From an uncultured Chloroflexia bacterium (lineage in GTDB: Bacteria > Chloroflexota > Limnocylindria > Limnocylindrales > CSP1-4): a stretch of 64,000 nucleotides of DNA. The notes under the pieces are model-generated. The model saw only the letters and a list, made by a program, of their open reading frames with translations. It was not told where the DNA came from and ran no database searches. The stretch covers positions 2,329-66,328 of the forward strand of contig CAVYQR010000006.1 of NCBI GenBank assembly GCA_963770795.1, read 5' to 3'. Position 1 is the stretch's first letter, and each line of letters starts with the position of its first letter. Below are positions 48,877 through 58,067 of the stretch, piece after piece. Both the position numbers and the translations under genes were made by a program.

Positions 48877-48984
48877 GGCGTGCCGAATCATACGGCCCGG
48901 TCCCGGGGCGTGGTCCGACGAGGGGTCGGGGGCGGCTCGTCGGCTACGATTGGGCGCTCTCGACCCGTACCGGCCCTCACCCCC

Positions 48985-50274
48985 GTGACCCTTCGCTCCC
49001 GCGCCTGGCTCGACCGCTGGGGCCCGATCCTGCCGCTCCTCATCGCCGAGGCCACCATCTGGCTCGGCTTCGGGGCGCTCCTGCCTATCCTCCCGATCTA
49101 CTTCGTCGAGCACGGCGTGGACCTGCCGACCCTGGGGGTCGTGGTCGCGGCGTGGCCGGCGGCCAGGCTCATCGGCGAGCCGGTCTTCGGGTGGGTCGCC
49201 GACCGTTCCTCGCGCAAGAAGATGATGGTCGTGGGGCTGTTGCTGACGGCCGGGGTCGCCGTCCTGCCGTTGCTCATCGTCGGGCCTTTGGCCTTCATCG
49301 CCCTGCGAGGCCTCGCGGGCCTGTTCGCCTCGATCTACGATCCGGCCGCCCGCGGGTACCTTGTGCAGGCCAACCCCCCCGAGCGTCAGGGCGAGACGTT
49401 CGGCTACTACGGGGCCGCCCAGATCGGCGGGTTCATGATCGGCCCGGCCGTCGGCGGTATCGCGGCGTCGATCGCGGGCGACCCCACGGTCGTCTTCTGG
49501 GTGGCGGGTGTCACGGCCCTCATCTCGGCCATGCTGGTTGCAGCGCGGGTCCGCGACGTGCCGAACGCGCCGCGCGTGCATGCGGCCGCCATCCCTTCCG
49601 CGTCCGAACACACGCCCGCCGTCGCCGACGGACCGTCCGGCGGCCGGCTCCTCAACCGCCTCCTGATCGCTGCGATCGTGTTCAACGTCGGCAGCTTCTT
49701 CGCCAGCGGCAGCTACGAGGTGGTCTGGAGCCTGTACCTCACCAGCCTCGGGGCCAGCCTCGACGTGATCGGGCTGACGTTTGCCACCTTCTCCCTGCCG
49801 GTCCTGTTGTTGTCCCCGTTCGCCGGCCGCTTCATCGACCAGAAGGGCGGGTTCGTCGCGCTCGTGGTCGGGATGGCCGGGATCGCCGTCTGCGGGGTGC
49901 TCTACCCGGCCATCCCGGAGATCTGGTTCGTGGCTGTCCTCGGTGTGGCCGAGGGCGTCGCGTTCGCGTTCGCCTCGCCGGCACTGTACCTGCTCGTCGC
50001 CCGAGCCTCCCCGCCCGGCCGCAGCTCAACTGCCCAGGGCCTGTTCGGCGCGGCGGGGACCCTCGGCATGGTCGTGGCCTCGCTGGCGGCCGGCCTCCTC
50101 GCGGCGGAGGACCTTCGCTACCCGTACTACGCGGCCGGCATCGGCACCGGGGTGGCGCTCCTGCTGGGCCTCGCCGTCGGGCGCCGGCGCCTGTGGGAGG
50201 CGATGCAGCCCAGCCACCTGGCCCCGCCGCCGGCGTCGTCGGTTGTCCCGTTGCTCGAGGAGGTCCCGGGTTGA
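48985..50274 (+). CDS. MFS transporter
   Basis: About 12 TM helices, motif A GWVADRSSRK, GPAVGG. Confidence 0.92.
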   Translation: MTLRSRAWLDRWGPILPLLIAEATIWLGFGALLPILPIYFVEHGVDLPTLGVVVAAWPAARLIGEPVFGWVADRSSRKKMMVVGLLLTAGVAVLPLLIVGPLAFIALRGLAGLFASIYDPAARGYLVQANPPERQGETFGYYGAAQIGGFMIGPAVGGIAASIAGDPTVVFWVAGVTALISAMLVAARVRDVPNAPRVHAAAIPSASEHTPAVADGPSGGRLLNRLLIAAIVFNVGSFFASGSYEVVWSLYLTSLGASLDVIGLTFATFSLPVLLLSPFAGRFIDQKGGFVALVVGMAGIAVCGVLYPAIPEIWFVAVLGVAEGVAFAFASPALYLLVARASPPGRSSTAQGLFGAAGTLGMVVASLAAGLLAAEDLRYPYYAAGIGTGVALLLGLAVGRRRLWEAMQPSHLAPPPASSVVPLLEEVPG

Positions 50275-51134
50275 GCCCCACGTCCCGTCCGCCCGCGTGG
50301 ATCGACGCGGTCCTGGCCGACGCGCCGCCGGCTCCCACCGTGCTGGTGCTGGGCGGCTTCCTCACCTCGCCGCCCGTGTACCGGCCGTTCGTCCGGCGGC
50401 TGCTGGCGCGCGGCGTCGCCGACGTGGTGGTGGCCGGCGTCTGGACCCCGGACTGGCTGCTGGCGGCGGTCCATGGCCTGGGGCCGATCCTCACCCGCTC
50501 TGGCCGGGCGCTGCTGGCGGCCTCGGCGCGGTCCGACGCGGCCAGCCAGGGCGCGCCCGTGCTGGTCATCGGGCACTCAGCCGGCGGGATGTCGGCGCGC
50601 CTGCTGACGTCGCCGGTCCCGTATGCCGGGCGACGGCTCAACGCCTCGGGGCGGATCGGGGCGATCGTCACGCTCGGGACGCCGAACGTGGTGTCCGCCG
50701 CGGGCGAGATGGGTAGCCGCGTCGGCGCGGAGGCCGCGGCATTCGCCAACCGCGAGGTGCCCGGACCGCGCTTCGCACCCCGGGTGGGGTACCTGGCCGT
50801 CGCGTCCACGGCGGTCGCCGGGCGGCCGGACGGTACCCGCGCCGAACGGCGTTCCCGGCGCACGTACGAGGGTCTGCTGCCGGATCCCACCGCCGCGGAG
50901 CTGGTGGGCGACGGGTTGATCCCGCTCGCGTCCGCGCTGCTGCCCGACGCCCCGGCGCTGGTCTTCGACGATGTGCGCCACGGCCAGTGGCCCGGGCGCG
51001 ACTGGTACGGCTCGGACGTGCCGATGGATCGCTGGTGGCCCGTGGCCCTCGAGATATGGAGGGCGGCGCTGCGCGCACGAGCCGAGGCGGCCTCCCAGGC
51101 GGCGGCAGGAGCTGCACCCGCGGCGCGACCCTGA
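50271..51134 (+). CDS. Alpha/beta hydrolase (lipase/esterase-like)
   Basis: GHSAGG nucleophile elbow, VTLGTP, GDGLIP, catalytic His region; TTGA overlap with the MFS gene. Confidence 0.88.
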   Translation: MSPTSRPPAWIDAVLADAPPAPTVLVLGGFLTSPPVYRPFVRRLLARGVADVVVAGVWTPDWLLAAVHGLGPILTRSGRALLAASARSDAASQGAPVLVIGHSAGGMSARLLTSPVPYAGRRLNASGRIGAIVTLGTPNVVSAAGEMGSRVGAEAAAFANREVPGPRFAPRVGYLAVASTAVAGRPDGTRAERRSRRTYEGLLPDPTAAELVGDGLIPLASALLPDAPALVFDDVRHGQWPGRDWYGSDVPMDRWWPVALEIWRAALRARAEAASQAAAGAAPAARP

Positions 51135-51165
51135 CAGCGCCCGCAGCGACGGCGGGTCGCACCTT

Positions 51166-51194
51166 TTGACTGATCGGGGGATCGGCAGTAGTGT
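51166..51194 (+). promoter_or_regulatory. Sigma70 promoter of tRNA-fMet, TTGACT-N17-TAGTGT
   Basis: Direct reading; 7 nt upstream of the tRNA. Confidence 0.75.
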
Positions 51195-51201
51195 TGTCAG
51201 T

Positions 51202-51276
51202 CGCGGGGTGGAGCAGCGGCAGCTCGTCGGGCTCATAACCCGAAGGTCGGAGGTTCGAATCCTTCCCCCGCAACCA
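51202..51276 (+). tRNA. Initiator tRNA-fMet(CAT)
   Basis: CGCGGGG start with C1:A72 mismatch, GGG/CCC pairs in the anticodon stem, CAT anticodon, CCA. Confidence 0.96.
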
Positions 51277-51290
51277 ACTCGCTTCACCAG

Positions 51291-51328
51291 GAACCCCGGG
51301 ACTCGACCACCCCGGGGTTCTTACTTTT
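51291..51328 (+). terminator. Intrinsic terminator after tRNA-fMet
   Basis: gaaccccggg-N10-cccggggttc followed by ttactttt. Confidence 0.75.
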
Positions 51329-51391
51329 CCGGGCCGGCAACCGATGTCTGGTGCCGGATACGGGTGGTCCGAGCTCGTGGAGCAAGACGAT

Positions 51392-51421
51392 GAAAGACCC
51401 GCCCGTGAGGGCGGGCCTTTC
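51392..51421. terminator. Probable bidirectional terminator
   Basis: gaaag-a-cccgccc-gtga-gggcggg-c-ctttc. Confidence 0.75.
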
Positions 51422-51440
51422 GCTTTCTGGTCCTGGCGGG

Positions 51441-52907
51441 TCAGCCGGGTGGCGTGAAGGTCGAGGCCATCGTCATGAGACTGACGATCGCGGCATGTGA
51501 CTCGAAGACATCGTCGCCTGACGTGCCGGTCGTGCGGAGCACCACGGTGCCCGCCGCCTGGACGTTCGCGAGGCAGGCATAGCTGGCGTTGCCCGCAGGG
51601 ATACCGGCGGTGCCAACCACGGCGATCGCGCCGACGCACGTTACCGCGGTGCCGCCGACATCGGCTTCGGACTGCGCGATGACATTCCACGCGGCCGGGT
51701 CCGTGGCAGCCGAAATCGCGTCCTGGTATGAGGTGGCGGAAAGGTCGGCCTGCACCGCCGCCTGGACCGGGGAGCCGTCTGCCGGGACGGAGATCGGCTC
51801 CGGATCGAAGTAGCGGCAGGCGAGCTCAGGCGGAGCCGTCACGGTGGACCAGTCACCCGGGTACACGATCGTGGCGACGGCCGGACTGCCGGGGGGCACG
51901 AGGGCGCACGAGGCGATCGGCGGGAGCTCGATGGGAGGGGCCCCGGATGGGGCGACCGACGGAGGAGCAGTCGGCGTCGGCGTCGGCTTGGGCGTCGGCT
52001 TGGGCGTCGGCTCCGGTGTCGCCGTTGGTGCCGTGGTTGGCTCCGGAGTCGGCGTGACCGCTGGCGTGGCATTGGCGCTCGGCTCCGGGCTCGCGGATGT
52101 GTCGGGTTCGACGTCAGGCGTGGGCCTGACCAGGGCCACGCGGAGCCCACCCGACCGGTCCGTGAGGTTGAGGGTCGATCCGCGGGACTCGACGAAGGCC
52201 ACACCCTGGAGCGCCTCGAGGAAGGCCGTCTCCTGGTCCATGACCGCCGTGTCGCAGGCAAGGTTGGTGGTGGCCAGCCTGCCGACGCCGACCACGTCGC
52301 CGTTCGTGCCGTAGATCCCACTGTACGCATTGCAGCCGGCAGAACCGCCGACGCTCACCAGCTGGAACGCGACATCGATCTGCGTGCCCTCGAGTACCCC
52401 GACCACCGTTCCCGGGGTTGTCCCGTACGAGTCCACCCGCCACTTCCCCAGCAGGGGGTTGCGCGGCGCGGCGTTGAACACGAGCACGGTGTTCAGCTTG
52501 GCATCGAGGATGGTCAGCTGGCCGCGGCGGACGCCGTAGAAGCGGCTCGAATCGAGCAGCGAGAGGTACTGCTGCTCAAAGGCCATGGCGGCCTCATCGC
52601 AGGCCATGAACGTCCCGGACAGCTGCGAGATGAGGAGGGTTCGTCCGCCGGCCCGGTACAGCCCGTTGAACTCGTTGCAGCCGGAATAGCCGCTGACGCG
52701 GCTTGAATCGAACCTGACGTCCGCGTACTGGGCTTCCGGAAGGATCGTGAGCGATCCGTCCTGACCGTACGAATCCAGCACCCACTGGGTGCCCTCGAGG
52801 GTGCCGCCGGTGACCTCGGCAGTGTCGCCGGTGCCCTCGCCGGCCGAGCAGGCGGTGATGAGGAATGCCAGGGCGACGAGCGCCCCGAGCGTCCGCTTCT
52901 TGGTCAT
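51441..52907 (-). CDS. Lipoprotein with two META domains and an extra Cys-containing C-terminal domain
   Basis: ITAC lipobox; SGYSGCN...TFMAC and GGSAGCN...TNLAC; PT linker. Confidence 0.88.
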   Translation of the reverse strand: MTKKRTLGALVALAFLITACSAGEGTGDTAEVTGGTLEGTQWVLDSYGQDGSLTILPEAQYADVRFDSSRVSGYSGCNEFNGLYRAGGRTLLISQLSGTFMACDEAAMAFEQQYLSLLDSSRFYGVRRGQLTILDAKLNTVLVFNAAPRNPLLGKWRVDSYGTTPGTVVGVLEGTQIDVAFQLVSVGGSAGCNAYSGIYGTNGDVVGVGRLATTNLACDTAVMDQETAFLEALQGVAFVESRGSTLNLTDRSGGLRVALVRPTPDVEPDTSASPEPSANATPAVTPTPEPTTAPTATPEPTPKPTPKPTPTPTAPPSVAPSGAPPIELPPIASCALVPPGSPAVATIVYPGDWSTVTAPPELACRYFDPEPISVPADGSPVQAAVQADLSATSYQDAISAATDPAAWNVIAQSEADVGGTAVTCVGAIAVVGTAGIPAGNASYACLANVQAAGTVVLRTTGTSGDDVFESHAAIVSLMTMASTFTPPG

Positions 52908-52928
52908 GACGTCAAAGGCTGTGGTGGC

Positions 52929-53195
52929 CTAGGCGGACTTCGACGCGACGTAGAGCGCGAACAGCCGCATCGAGTAGCCGAACCCGGCGACGAGGAACGC
53001 CGCGAAGATCGGCGTGCCGACGGCGTACGCCGAGATCGCGAAACCCTCGAGGATGTTGAATGCCTCGCGCGACGCGAGGTCGACCCACCAGATCACCCCG
53101 GCGATCACGGCGTAGATGACGAACACCCACCCGACCACGATGAAGAACGTGCCGATGGATGCCAGCCGGCGGGCGTCGTTGACGATCTGCTCCAT
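52929..53195 (-). CDS. Small two-TM hypothetical protein
   Basis: GGAG SD; two hydrophobic helices. Confidence 0.7.
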   Translation of the reverse strand: MEQIVNDARRLASIGTFFIVVGWVFVIYAVIAGVIWWVDLASREAFNILEGFAISAYAVGTPIFAAFLVAGFGYSMRLFALYVASKSA

Positions 53196-53302
53196 GTCGC
53201 ACTCCCTTGTGGTGGGTGAGGCGGGATGCCTTGAGGAGACAACGGTACCGGACCGGGGGAGGACGGCGCGGCCTCGACACGGCCCAACCTTCTCGATGAG
53301 GG

Positions 53303-53850
53303 TCAGCCCTCGCGGACCTCGGCGGTGACCTTGATCTCGCCGGCCTTCTCAAGCGTGAGCGTGATCTCGACCTTGTCGCCGACCTTCAGCTCCTGGTTGA
53401 GGCCGATCAGCATGATGTGGTAGCTGCCGGGCTTGAGCTCCAGCTTGCCGCCGGAGGGGATCTCCACGCGCTCGACGGGCCGCATGCCCAGCATGCCCCC
53501 GGTGCTCATGTCCCCGGACGCCGCCGGGGACTCGCCCGGCATCATCGACTCGCCCGGCATCATCGACTCGGCCGGCATCATCGACTCGGCCGGCATCTCC
53601 ACGGTCTCGTGGACCTCGGTGGACTTGGCGACCGTGCTCGACGCACCGATGAGCGCATCGGCGGCAGAGCCGGTGTTCTCGATGACCATGTAGGCGGCAC
53701 CGGCCGAGGCCATCATCGAGGAGTTGCGGGCCCAGGCGTCGGTGACCTTGATCCGCCGCCGCCGCTGCCGCCACACGCGGCGACCACGAGGGCGAGGACG
53801 AGGACGGGGACGAGCCGCGCCGCCGCGCGGCGTACGGAGATGCTGGCCAT
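53303..53850 (-). CDS. PCuAC copper chaperone lipoprotein (frameshift near 53753)
   Basis: VAAC lipobox, then shifted VTDAWAR...AAYMVIEN...EVHET...GMRPV...LKPGSYHIML. Confidence 0.92.
53529..53597. repeat. 18-bp tandem repeat, about 4 copies, encoding MMP(A/G)ES in PCuAC
   Basis: Unit gactcg(c/g)ccggcatcatc. Confidence 0.9.
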
Positions 53851-53891
53851 GGGTTCCTCCATTGCGGTGACATGTTGGGTTGCGGCCGTGG

Positions 53892-54575
53892 TCATCCGCC
53901 GGCGACCTCGCGCAGACGGTCGGCGATGAGCTTGGCGGGGGCACCAAAGAACAGGTGGTGGCGGAGTGTGCCCTCGGCATCGACCAGGTAGGCCTCCGCC
54001 GAGTGCGCCATCGCATAGCCCGAGGCCGAATCCGACTCGAGCTTCCGGTACGAGACCCCCCAGTCGGCCGCCGCCTTGGCGATCTCAGCTTCCGTGCCTG
54101 TCAGGCCGATGAAGCCCGCCTGATAGTAGTCGACGTACTGTTTCATGGCCGCGGCATCGTCCCGGGCCGGATCCACCGTCACGAAGACGACGGTCGCGTC
54201 CACGCCGGACTCCCGGATCCCGGCGCGGAGCTCCGCGAGGGACGTGGGGCACACGTCGGGGCAGTGCGTGTAGCCGAAGTAGACGAACACGGGCCTGCCG
54301 CGCATCGATGCGAGGTCGAACGGCCGCCCGTCCTGGTCCGTGAGGCGGAGCGCGGGCGCCGGGCGGGTGGGGCTGTAGGCAGTGTCACGCACCCCGAGGG
54401 GCGCCGGCGTGACGGCCTCGACCATGATCGGGGTCGCGGCCGGCGACCCGACCCCTGCGCCACAACCGCCCGCCACGACGAGCGCGAGCAGGGCGATGAC
54501 AAGCGGGACGGAGCGTCGGACGGGGCGCTCCTCCGGCGCCGAGGCGCAGGAGATCGCGGCAGTGGAGCGGCTCAC
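53892..54575 (-). CDS. SCO1/SenC copper chaperone
   Basis: FGYTHCPDVCP, VTVDPARD, MAHS. Confidence 0.95.
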   Translation of the reverse strand: MSRSTAAISCASAPEERPVRRSVPLVIALLALVVAGGCGAGVGSPAATPIMVEAVTPAPLGVRDTAYSPTRPAPALRLTDQDGRPFDLASMRGRPVFVYFGYTHCPDVCPTSLAELRAGIRESGVDATVVFVTVDPARDDAAAMKQYVDYYQAGFIGLTGTEAEIAKAAADWGVSYRKLESDSASGYAMAHSAEAYLVDAEGTLRHHLFFGAPAKLIADRLREVAGG

Positions 54576-54624
54576 AAGAGCCCAGAGTACCGCCGGTCGC
54601 CGCCTGAGGTCGCGAGCCCGCGCG

Positions 54625-55410
54625 TCAGTCCCAGCGGAAGCGGCGGGCGGCGAGGACTGCGAACAGGATGGCCCAGCCGGTCAGGATCGCGAGCGGCTCG
54701 GCTGGATCGCCCGTGGTGCTCCCGAACCCGATCGAGAGGACCTCCGTGAGCGCGGCGGCCGGCAGATCGGACGCGATGGACGCGACCGGGGCCGGCAGCC
54801 GGTCAAGCGGCAGCACGATCCCGCCCAGGATCAGCGACGCGAGGAAGAGCAGGTTCGCCAGCGCCAGCGTCGCCTCCGCGCGCAGCGTGCCGGCCATGAG
54901 CAGCCCGAGACCCGCGAAGGCGATCGTCCCCAGCACCAGGCCGGCGAGCACCAGCGGGACCGAGGCTCCGGCCCCCGGCGTCCAGCCCAGCAGTCCGGCG
55001 GCGATCCCGACCAGGAGCACGAGCTGAACCAGCTCCACGATGACCACGGACGCGGTCTTCGCCGCGACGACCACCGACGTCCCCGCCGGGCTCCCGCCCA
55101 GCCGCTTGATGACGCCGTACTGGCGCTCGAAGCCGGTGGAGATCGCGAGCGACACCATGGCGGCGGCGATGATCGCGAGCGACACCGAGCCCGGGAGCAG
55201 GCGGTCGACCGGGCTCCCGGATGCCGTGCCACCGCTGGTGTCGAACGAGCTGAAGACCAGCAGGACGCCGGCCGGGATCACGAACGTGACCAGGAGCCCC
55301 TCGCCCCGCCGGAGCACCAGCCGGAACTCGTACGCGGCCAGAGCCAGCGTCATCCGGAGCCAGGACGACGGCCGGGCCGGCACGCCGGCGCCGATCGGGA
55401 GCGTGCTCAT
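54625..55410 (-). CDS. ABC-2 type permease
   Basis: Six TM helices, TGFERQYGVIKRLG, GTLRAEATLA. Confidence 0.9.
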   Translation of the reverse strand: MSTLPIGAGVPARPSSWLRMTLALAAYEFRLVLRRGEGLLVTFVIPAGVLLVFSSFDTSGGTASGSPVDRLLPGSVSLAIIAAAMVSLAISTGFERQYGVIKRLGGSPAGTSVVVAAKTASVVIVELVQLVLLVGIAAGLLGWTPGAGASVPLVLAGLVLGTIAFAGLGLLMAGTLRAEATLALANLLFLASLILGGIVLPLDRLPAPVASIASDLPAAALTEVLSIGFGSTTGDPAEPLAILTGWAILFAVLAARRFRWD

Positions 55411-56417
55411 GCCGCGCCCTCAGCCTCGGCGACGACGTCTTCGCCGACAAGCTCGAGGTAGCGCTCCTCCAGGCTGGCGGATCCGAGGCGCAGCTCCGTG
55501 ATGAGGAGCCCCTGCTCCGCGCACCACGCGGCGAGAGCCGCCACCAGGCTTGGATCCCCGGCGCCGCGGAGTCCCTCCACCTCGTAGTGCGCACCCGGGC
55601 CGGCCGCATCCACCCGGACCCGATCACCCCAGGGGGCCAGCGCCGCGGCCAGCGCGCCCACGTCGGCAGCGGCCAGCGGAGTCGCGAGCCGGAAGCGCAG
55701 CCGCGGGGCGCCCGCGCCGGTCAACTCGGCCGGCGTCCCCAGTGCCACCAGCCGGCCGCGGTCCAGGATGGCGACGCGGTCGGCCAGCACCTCCACGTCG
55801 CCCAGCTCGTGGGTGGTGAGGAGGATCGTAGTCCCGGCTCCGCGCAGCGCGGCGATCCGCTCCCGCGTCGCCTGCTTGGCCGCGGGGTCCATGCCCGCCG
55901 TCGGCTCGTCCAGGACGAGGAGCTCGGGGCGCCCGAGCAGGGCCAGCGCGAGCCCCAGGCGCTGCTTCTCGCCACCGGATAGCCGGCGGAACCGCGTCCC
56001 GGCGGCGCGCTCGAGATCCACCAGCTCCAGCAGGCGGTCCGGGTCCTCCGGGTCGCGGTAGAAGCGCGCGTACAGGCGCAGCGCCTCGCGCGGCGTGGTC
56101 CGGGGGTCGATGCCGCCCTCCTGGAGCATGAGCCCGATGCGCGGCCGGAGCCGGGCGCCGTCCTTGGCGGGGTCCAGGCCCAGGACGCGCACGGTGCCGC
56201 CGTCCACGTGGCGGTAGCCCTCCAGGATCTCGACGGTCGTGGTCTTGCCCGCGCCATTTGGACCCAGCAGCGCGAACAGCTCCCCGCGGCGGACGTCGAA
56301 GGTCAGCCCGGCGAGGATCTCGCGCGCCCCGTACCGCTTGCGGACGTCACGGGCGCTGACGGCGAGGGCGGTGTCTGGCTCGCCTGTCTCCCATGTCTCG
56401 GCCGCATCGGCCGTCAC
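55407..56417 (-). CDS. ABC transporter ATPase
   Basis: GPNGAGKTT, LSGGEKQR, LDEPTAGMDP. Confidence 0.93.
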   Translation of the reverse strand: MTADAAETWETGEPDTALAVSARDVRKRYGAREILAGLTFDVRRGELFALLGPNGAGKTTTVEILEGYRHVDGGTVRVLGLDPAKDGARLRPRIGLMLQEGGIDPRTTPREALRLYARFYRDPEDPDRLLELVDLERAAGTRFRRLSGGEKQRLGLALALLGRPELLVLDEPTAGMDPAAKQATRERIAALRGAGTTILLTTHELGDVEVLADRVAILDRGRLVALGTPAELTGAGAPRLRFRLATPLAAADVGALAAALAPWGDRVRVDAAGPGAHYEVEGLRGAGDPSLVAALAAWCAEQGLLITELRLGSASLEERYLELVGEDVVAEAEGAA

Positions 56418-56929
56418 GGCTTGATCCTGGCGTACTGGGTGTCGAAGTCCTCGGGGCGGACCTCGCCAATCTGGATCCCGCGGAGGATGCCGTCCTTGTC
56501 GATGAAGTAGGTCTGGGGAGGCGCCACGACGCGATAGGCAGCCGCGAGCGCCCCGTCGTCGTCGGTGACGGTGGGCCACGTGGCCCCGGTGTCCTGAACG
56601 AACTGCTGGGCCAGCGCGGGCTCGTCCTTGTACAGGACGCCCAGCATGACGAGGCCGTCCGAGGGACCCAGCTCATCGAGCCGCTGCTGGAACAGCGGGA
56701 ACTCGTCCCGGCAGGGCGTGCACCACGACGCCCAGAAGTTGAGGATGACGGGACGCCCCCGGTACGCGGCGAGGTCGATCGTGGCGCCGTCCAGCGCCGT
56801 GCCCGTGATGGCGGGGACCGGCTGACCCGTACGTGCCTCCGCCGCCGCACCGCTCGGGCCGCAGGCGACGACGAGCAGGAGCAGGGACAGGCTGAAGGGC
56901 AGGAGGGGGATGCGAAACGCGCGGGGTAT
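56414..56929 (-). CDS. TlpA/ResA-like thiol-disulfide oxidoreductase lipoprotein (no canonical start)
   Basis: Open frame LLLLVVACG...VILNFWASWCTPCRDEFP...PPQTYFID; only ATA, ATC or CTG are available before the signal peptide. Confidence 0.85.
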   Translation of the reverse strand: MPRAFRIPLLPFSLSLLLLVVACGPSGAAAEARTGQPVPAITGTALDGATIDLAAYRGRPVILNFWASWCTPCRDEFPLFQQRLDELGPSDGLVMLGVLYKDEPALAQQFVQDTGATWPTVTDDDGALAAAYRVVAPPQTYFIDKDGILRGIQIGEVRPEDFDTQYARIKP

Positions 56930-56938
56930 CGGACGGCC

Positions 56939-58057
56939 TTACTGGGCTGTGACGGTCCCCGTCATGTTCGGGTGCACCGTGCAGACGAACGTGTACTGGC
57001 CGGCGGCCAGGGCGGGCACATCATAGACCTTGACCGCCGGACCGCTGAAGATCTCGCCCTTGAACAGCGACGCACCGCCGCCGTCCTTGATCTCCACGTT
57101 GTGCGGCACCGGGTCCCGGTTGTCCAGGGCGAGCGTGAACGGCTTGCCGGCCGGGACGGTGATCGACGCCTCGAGGTACGCCACGTTCTCCGCGGTGAGG
57201 ACCGCATCCGCCGCCGGGAGGCTGGGTCCAGGTGTCGCCCCGCCACCGGTGCCACCGCCGGCGTCGGCGCTCGCGACCGGACCGCCGCTGGGGGCCGCGG
57301 TGCCGTCGCCCGGACCGGTCAGCACGCCGGACGTGAGGATGATGCCTGCCGCCAGGAGCACGCCGAGCGCGGCGAAGGTCGCCTTCGGCCAGGATGGGGC
57401 ACCGCCCAGGTCGAGGTGGCCGGTCCTATCCGCCTCTGCGACGGCGTTGTACTCCCTGCGCGAATCCCGGAGCCAGCCGAGGAGCACCAGGGCCATCGCG
57501 ATGATGCCGAACAGCAGGGCCCAGCCGCCGACGATCATGCCGCCCACGAGCATGGTGAACCCGATGGAGACGAGCAGCGGCCGGAACGAGGGGGGCGGGA
57601 CGTGGACGCCTGGCGGCGGCGCGCCGTCCGAGGGCACCGGCAGCGCGCCGGACTGCAGCTCGCCGGCCGCCGCGGCCGCGGGATGGACGGCATGGTCGTA
57701 GTCCCGGATCGCCTCGCGCCCCCAGTAGAGGAGCGTGATCACCAGGACCACGACGCCGATCCACAGCCAGATGCCGCCGCTGAACATCCCGAACAGCAGC
57801 ATGAACGCGCCGAACGCTGCCAGCACCGGGGCGAACGACGGGCCGGGCATGTGGATGCCCTCCGGCGTGACCGGCGGCAGGCGCCGGATGCCGCGGCTCG
57901 TCGGCCCGGCCGTGGCAAACCGGTAGACGGTCCAGGTCAGGTACAGGAAGACCAGTCCCGCCAGGGCGATCGGGATCAGCGCCACGAGGGCGCCCCAGTC
58001 CGGGACGATGAACTGTCCCGAGAGCTCGAGCAGCCCGGTCCAGAGTTCCTCGATCAT
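56939..58057 (-). CDS. Membrane protein with two subunit-IV-like hairpins fused to a C-terminal cupredoxin
   Basis: Repeated G(I/V)H.P.PSF.P plus two TM units; PHN...CTVHPNM type-1 Cu site. Confidence 0.85.
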   Translation of the reverse strand: MIEELWTGLLELSGQFIVPDWGALVALIPIALAGLVFLYLTWTVYRFATAGPTSRGIRRLPPVTPEGIHMPGPSFAPVLAAFGAFMLLFGMFSGGIWLWIGVVVLVITLLYWGREAIRDYDHAVHPAAAAAGELQSGALPVPSDGAPPPGVHVPPPSFRPLLVSIGFTMLVGGMIVGGWALLFGIIAMALVLLGWLRDSRREYNAVAEADRTGHLDLGGAPSWPKATFAALGVLLAAGIILTSGVLTGPGDGTAAPSGGPVASADAGGGTGGGATPGPSLPAADAVLTAENVAYLEASITVPAGKPFTLALDNRDPVPHNVEIKDGGGASLFKGEIFSGPAVKVYDVPALAAGQYTFVCTVHPNMTGTVTAQ

Positions 58058-58067
58058 CGGTGGGGGG

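Noticed and set aside
6766-53850. Frameshifts in CAP (~6810), ABC binding protein (~9610-9700), PIG-L (~20726), DUF2203 (~30570), sulfatase (~42446) and PCuAC (~53753) read as programmed frameshifting or pseudogenes
   Set aside because: They are small indels in GC-rich sequence in otherwise intact, unrelated genes with no slippery motifs; sequencing or assembly error is the simplest explanation (raw reads would decide)
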